NCBI GenBank assembly: GCA_001179505.1
Contig: CDMY01000254.1
Location: 83,632-147,631, forward strand
DNA from: Vitrella brassicaformis CCMP3155
Taxonomy: Eukaryota; Protista; Chromerida
Reading direction: 5' to 3'
DNA length: 64,000 nucleotides
Positions 61,859 to 64,000 of the stretch are shown here, one piece after another. Each line of letters opens with the position of its first letter. The stretch's first letter is position 1. The notes below the pieces were generated by a model. The model was given only the letters and a program-made list of their open reading frames with translations. It was not told where the DNA came from and made no database searches. The position numbers and the translations under genes were made by a program.

Positions 61859-62003
61859 CCCCCCCCCCCCCCCCAAAAAAAAGAAAAAAGCCTGCGGAAT
61901 TTTCCCGTTCTTATTGATTTTTCTTGGATGCATATGCACTGAATCCCTCTTCGGACTGGTAAAGCGATCATCAGTGTAATTTCCATTTGCCGTAGACTTC
62001 AGG

Positions 62004-62757
62004 ATGATCTCTGAACTCGTCTCGGTCCAAAAGCGTGTCCTTCTTTCTCTATTGCTGGTATTTCGCGGCGCCTACTCGTCAGCGGCGGGCTGCGGTGATG
62101 ATGCCCTGACTGATCTCTTCCCACCCTTCCGTGCGAGTGCTTCCAACAGATCTATCGAGCCGGCAGTGCTTGCAGCAACACTCGAGAGGGCGGAAATCCA
62201 GTCTGGCCAGCGAGAGGCGATTGACTGGCTCACAGCGGCCGCCCGCGGCAACGTCTCGCGCCCACTGCACGCTACGTCTTTTGCGGCCTTTCTCACTCAT
62301 GTTCTCGCTTCCAACACTGTCATGACGCCACACAGGGATGAACTGCCGCTGTCAATGAAGGCGATAGACCTCATCAAGGCGCATCTGCCACTGCGTGACC
62401 TCCTGACATCTGAATCATCCTCAATATTGTTCAGGTGACACAGAACGACAACATACAGGAGCGTCAGACGGTCTTGCTCCTTTTTCTCTCTGTTTCCTGT
62501 TGCTGGGTTGCAGCATGCTGGTGCACTTACGTTCTGCGGTTGATGCGGCCGGCCTGGAGAAGGGAGATGCGTCGTGTCAGCCGATGGGCAATTCTAGTTG
62601 GTCGTTTCCGTTTGACGCATTAGCAGGGCGGTGGAAGAAGAGGAAGTTCTTTTCCATCAAGGAGCATGGCTTCGAGGAGGCCAAGCAGATGGCCATCGCT
62701 CCCAGGCGGGAGATGGAGAGGCTGCACTACCTGCATGTCGGCAAGGGGGCAGATTGA
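62004..62757 (+). CDS. Putative chimeric ORF: signal peptide and unknown domain spliced in frame to a truncated AP2 C-terminus
   Basis: MISELVSVQKRVLLSLLLVFRGAYSSAAG...ILFS; the phase-2 donor at about 62435 and acceptor at about 62513 give ...WKKRKFFSIKEHGFEEAKQMAIAPRREMERLHYLHVGKGAD*. Confidence 0.55.
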
Positions 62758-62915
62758 GAGCAGCCCGATGAGATGGCCGTAGATGATAGCGAGGAGGAAG
62801 AGGAGGAGGAGTGAGTGAGTGAGAGAGTGAGTGAGTGAGCCCATGTTGATAGATTGTACAGACGCTCGCTATGAAGAGACTGGTCTGTGCATTAATGCGT
62901 TTATCGTACAAAAAA
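62668..62915 (+). repeat. Near-identical inverted copy of 47426-47673 (AP2 C-terminus, acidic tail, 3' UTR-like sequence)
   Basis: About 245 nt matches from ggcttcgaggaggcc to tttatcgtacaaa, differing mainly in the GAGT repeat. Followed by an A6 run. Confidence 0.93.
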
Positions 62916-62922
62916 GCGGGAT

Positions 62923-63234
62923 GTGTCGTTGCGGTTCACGACGTGGTACCAGATGATTCGGAGAGACTTTCCCAACTTTCTGCCGCTCGTCGCTCACGTC
63001 GCTACAACGAGGTTCTTTCTTGAGGGCGAAGTCCTTCAAGACACGGGTACTTCAGTGTGGACCCCTTGGTTCTCTTACTTCTCTTCCCTCTCTTCTCCCC
63101 CCTTGTACTGTGTCTACGCACACCTGCCTCTGAATCGAACCTTTGCGACCCACCATTTTGAGCCAGGAGAGCATTCCTCGGGCGCGCCCCACATGGATGC
63201 AATTCCCCTGATGTACGGTTGTAAAATTCGGTAG
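62923..63234 (+). pseudogene. C-terminal fragment of a plant AT5G12260/AT5G60700-like putative glycosyltransferase
   Basis: FTTWY...P....T..F...SVWTPWFSYF...YCVYAHLPLNRTFATHHFEPGEH resembles the family motifs IWTPWFIKF and STNHMEPGAH (recalled, not searched). No 5' exons are visible because the AP2 copy abuts it. Confidence 0.55.
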
Positions 63235-64000
63235 AAATTGCATTCTCTTGTCTCCTGTGAAACCACAGACCATGTCTCTACTGAATGGTCATTGCTTCTG
63301 CCCTGGTGGTGGGCATACTCTCGCTTAAAATCCGCTCGACAGGAAGGTTCTTCCATATTGCATCTATCCGATAAACTGCACCTTCATAAGTCTGCAGAAC
63401 CTCAGGCAGATCCAGAAGGAAGTTCTCGAAAGCTGCCACGATCAGCCAGAATAGGCTGGCACTCAGAATGCCTTGGGGGCATCGCCGAATGTCATCTGCA
63501 AAGTCGGGACGCATAACAGACAATGCCAATGGCTTAATCGAACATTCGCGTAGCGCAAACCTAGGGTGATCTGGTTAGCAATGCGGATTAACATCCTGGT
63601 TTACGTTGTTGAAGTTGTTGTGTGGATAGCAGAGTCCCACAGATCACGAGCGTTGATAAAAGAGCGGCAGAGAGGTCCAACATAAACAAGCAGGCAGGCA
63701 AACACGAAGGCGAACACGAAAAGGCACGTGGCCTTGGCGAGCTGGGCTATCGGCGACCCACGATGACATGCAGGCTGGCTGGGCTTATCGGCGACCCACT
63801 TACATGAAGGCAGAGGCAGGAAACAGGCAGCAAAGTCAGTCAACGCTCAAGTGTGCCAAAACAGTAGGTAGAGCGCTATGACTCGTAAAACACATGGCAA
63901 ATCCCAACACCCCTCCTCACGTCTTGCAGGCTACTGCGAGACGTGGACCACACAGAAGCTAATTACTTGTACGCAGTATGTAAATGTATGCAGGTAAACC

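Noticed and set aside
60953-61986. Long ORFs with Cys/Val/Thr/Lys/Gln-rich repeats
   Set aside because: Translation of a simple-repeat tract and an N gap; not a credible protein.
62755-62814. Selenocysteine or programmed readthrough at the AP2 TGA
   Set aside because: No SECIS-like structure recognised, the codon is not at a redox Cys position, and the sister copy is frameshifted, so a shared nonsense mutation is simpler.

Overview
Intron-rich eukaryotic nuclear DNA, not prokaryotic. Short GT-AG introns, apicomplexan-type AP2 domains and bipartite signal+transit leaders point to a chromerid alveolate such as Vitrella (inference). Gene models were assembled by eye from motifs and splice sites, so exon boundaries and some starts/stops are approximate. 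The dominant theme is glycan biosynthesis: about 12 glycosyltransferase-like loci (3 GT47/exostosin, 3 GT8, GT10, GT90, GT32, GT34, an HtrL/YibB-like gene and a plant AT5G12260-like fragment) plus 3 small-molecule-type SAM methyltransferases, densest at 45.9-63.2 kb. They are interleaved with housekeeping genes (DEAD-box helicase, signal peptide peptidase, PRPP synthetase, Myb protein, THUMP/RlmL-like methyltransferase, S1-domain protein, NOMO, PILS-like transporter). There is much evidence of local gene-piece shuffling: a signal-anchor first exon shared by different GT families, a duplicated GT34 terminal exon, two near-identical AP2 3' ends carrying the same stop codon (one spliced in frame onto a secreted-protein ORF), and fragments of a REL-endonuclease non-LTR retrotransposon that appears to end in poly(C). 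Three 300-N assembly gaps are present. No rRNA, tRNA or CRISPR features were seen.
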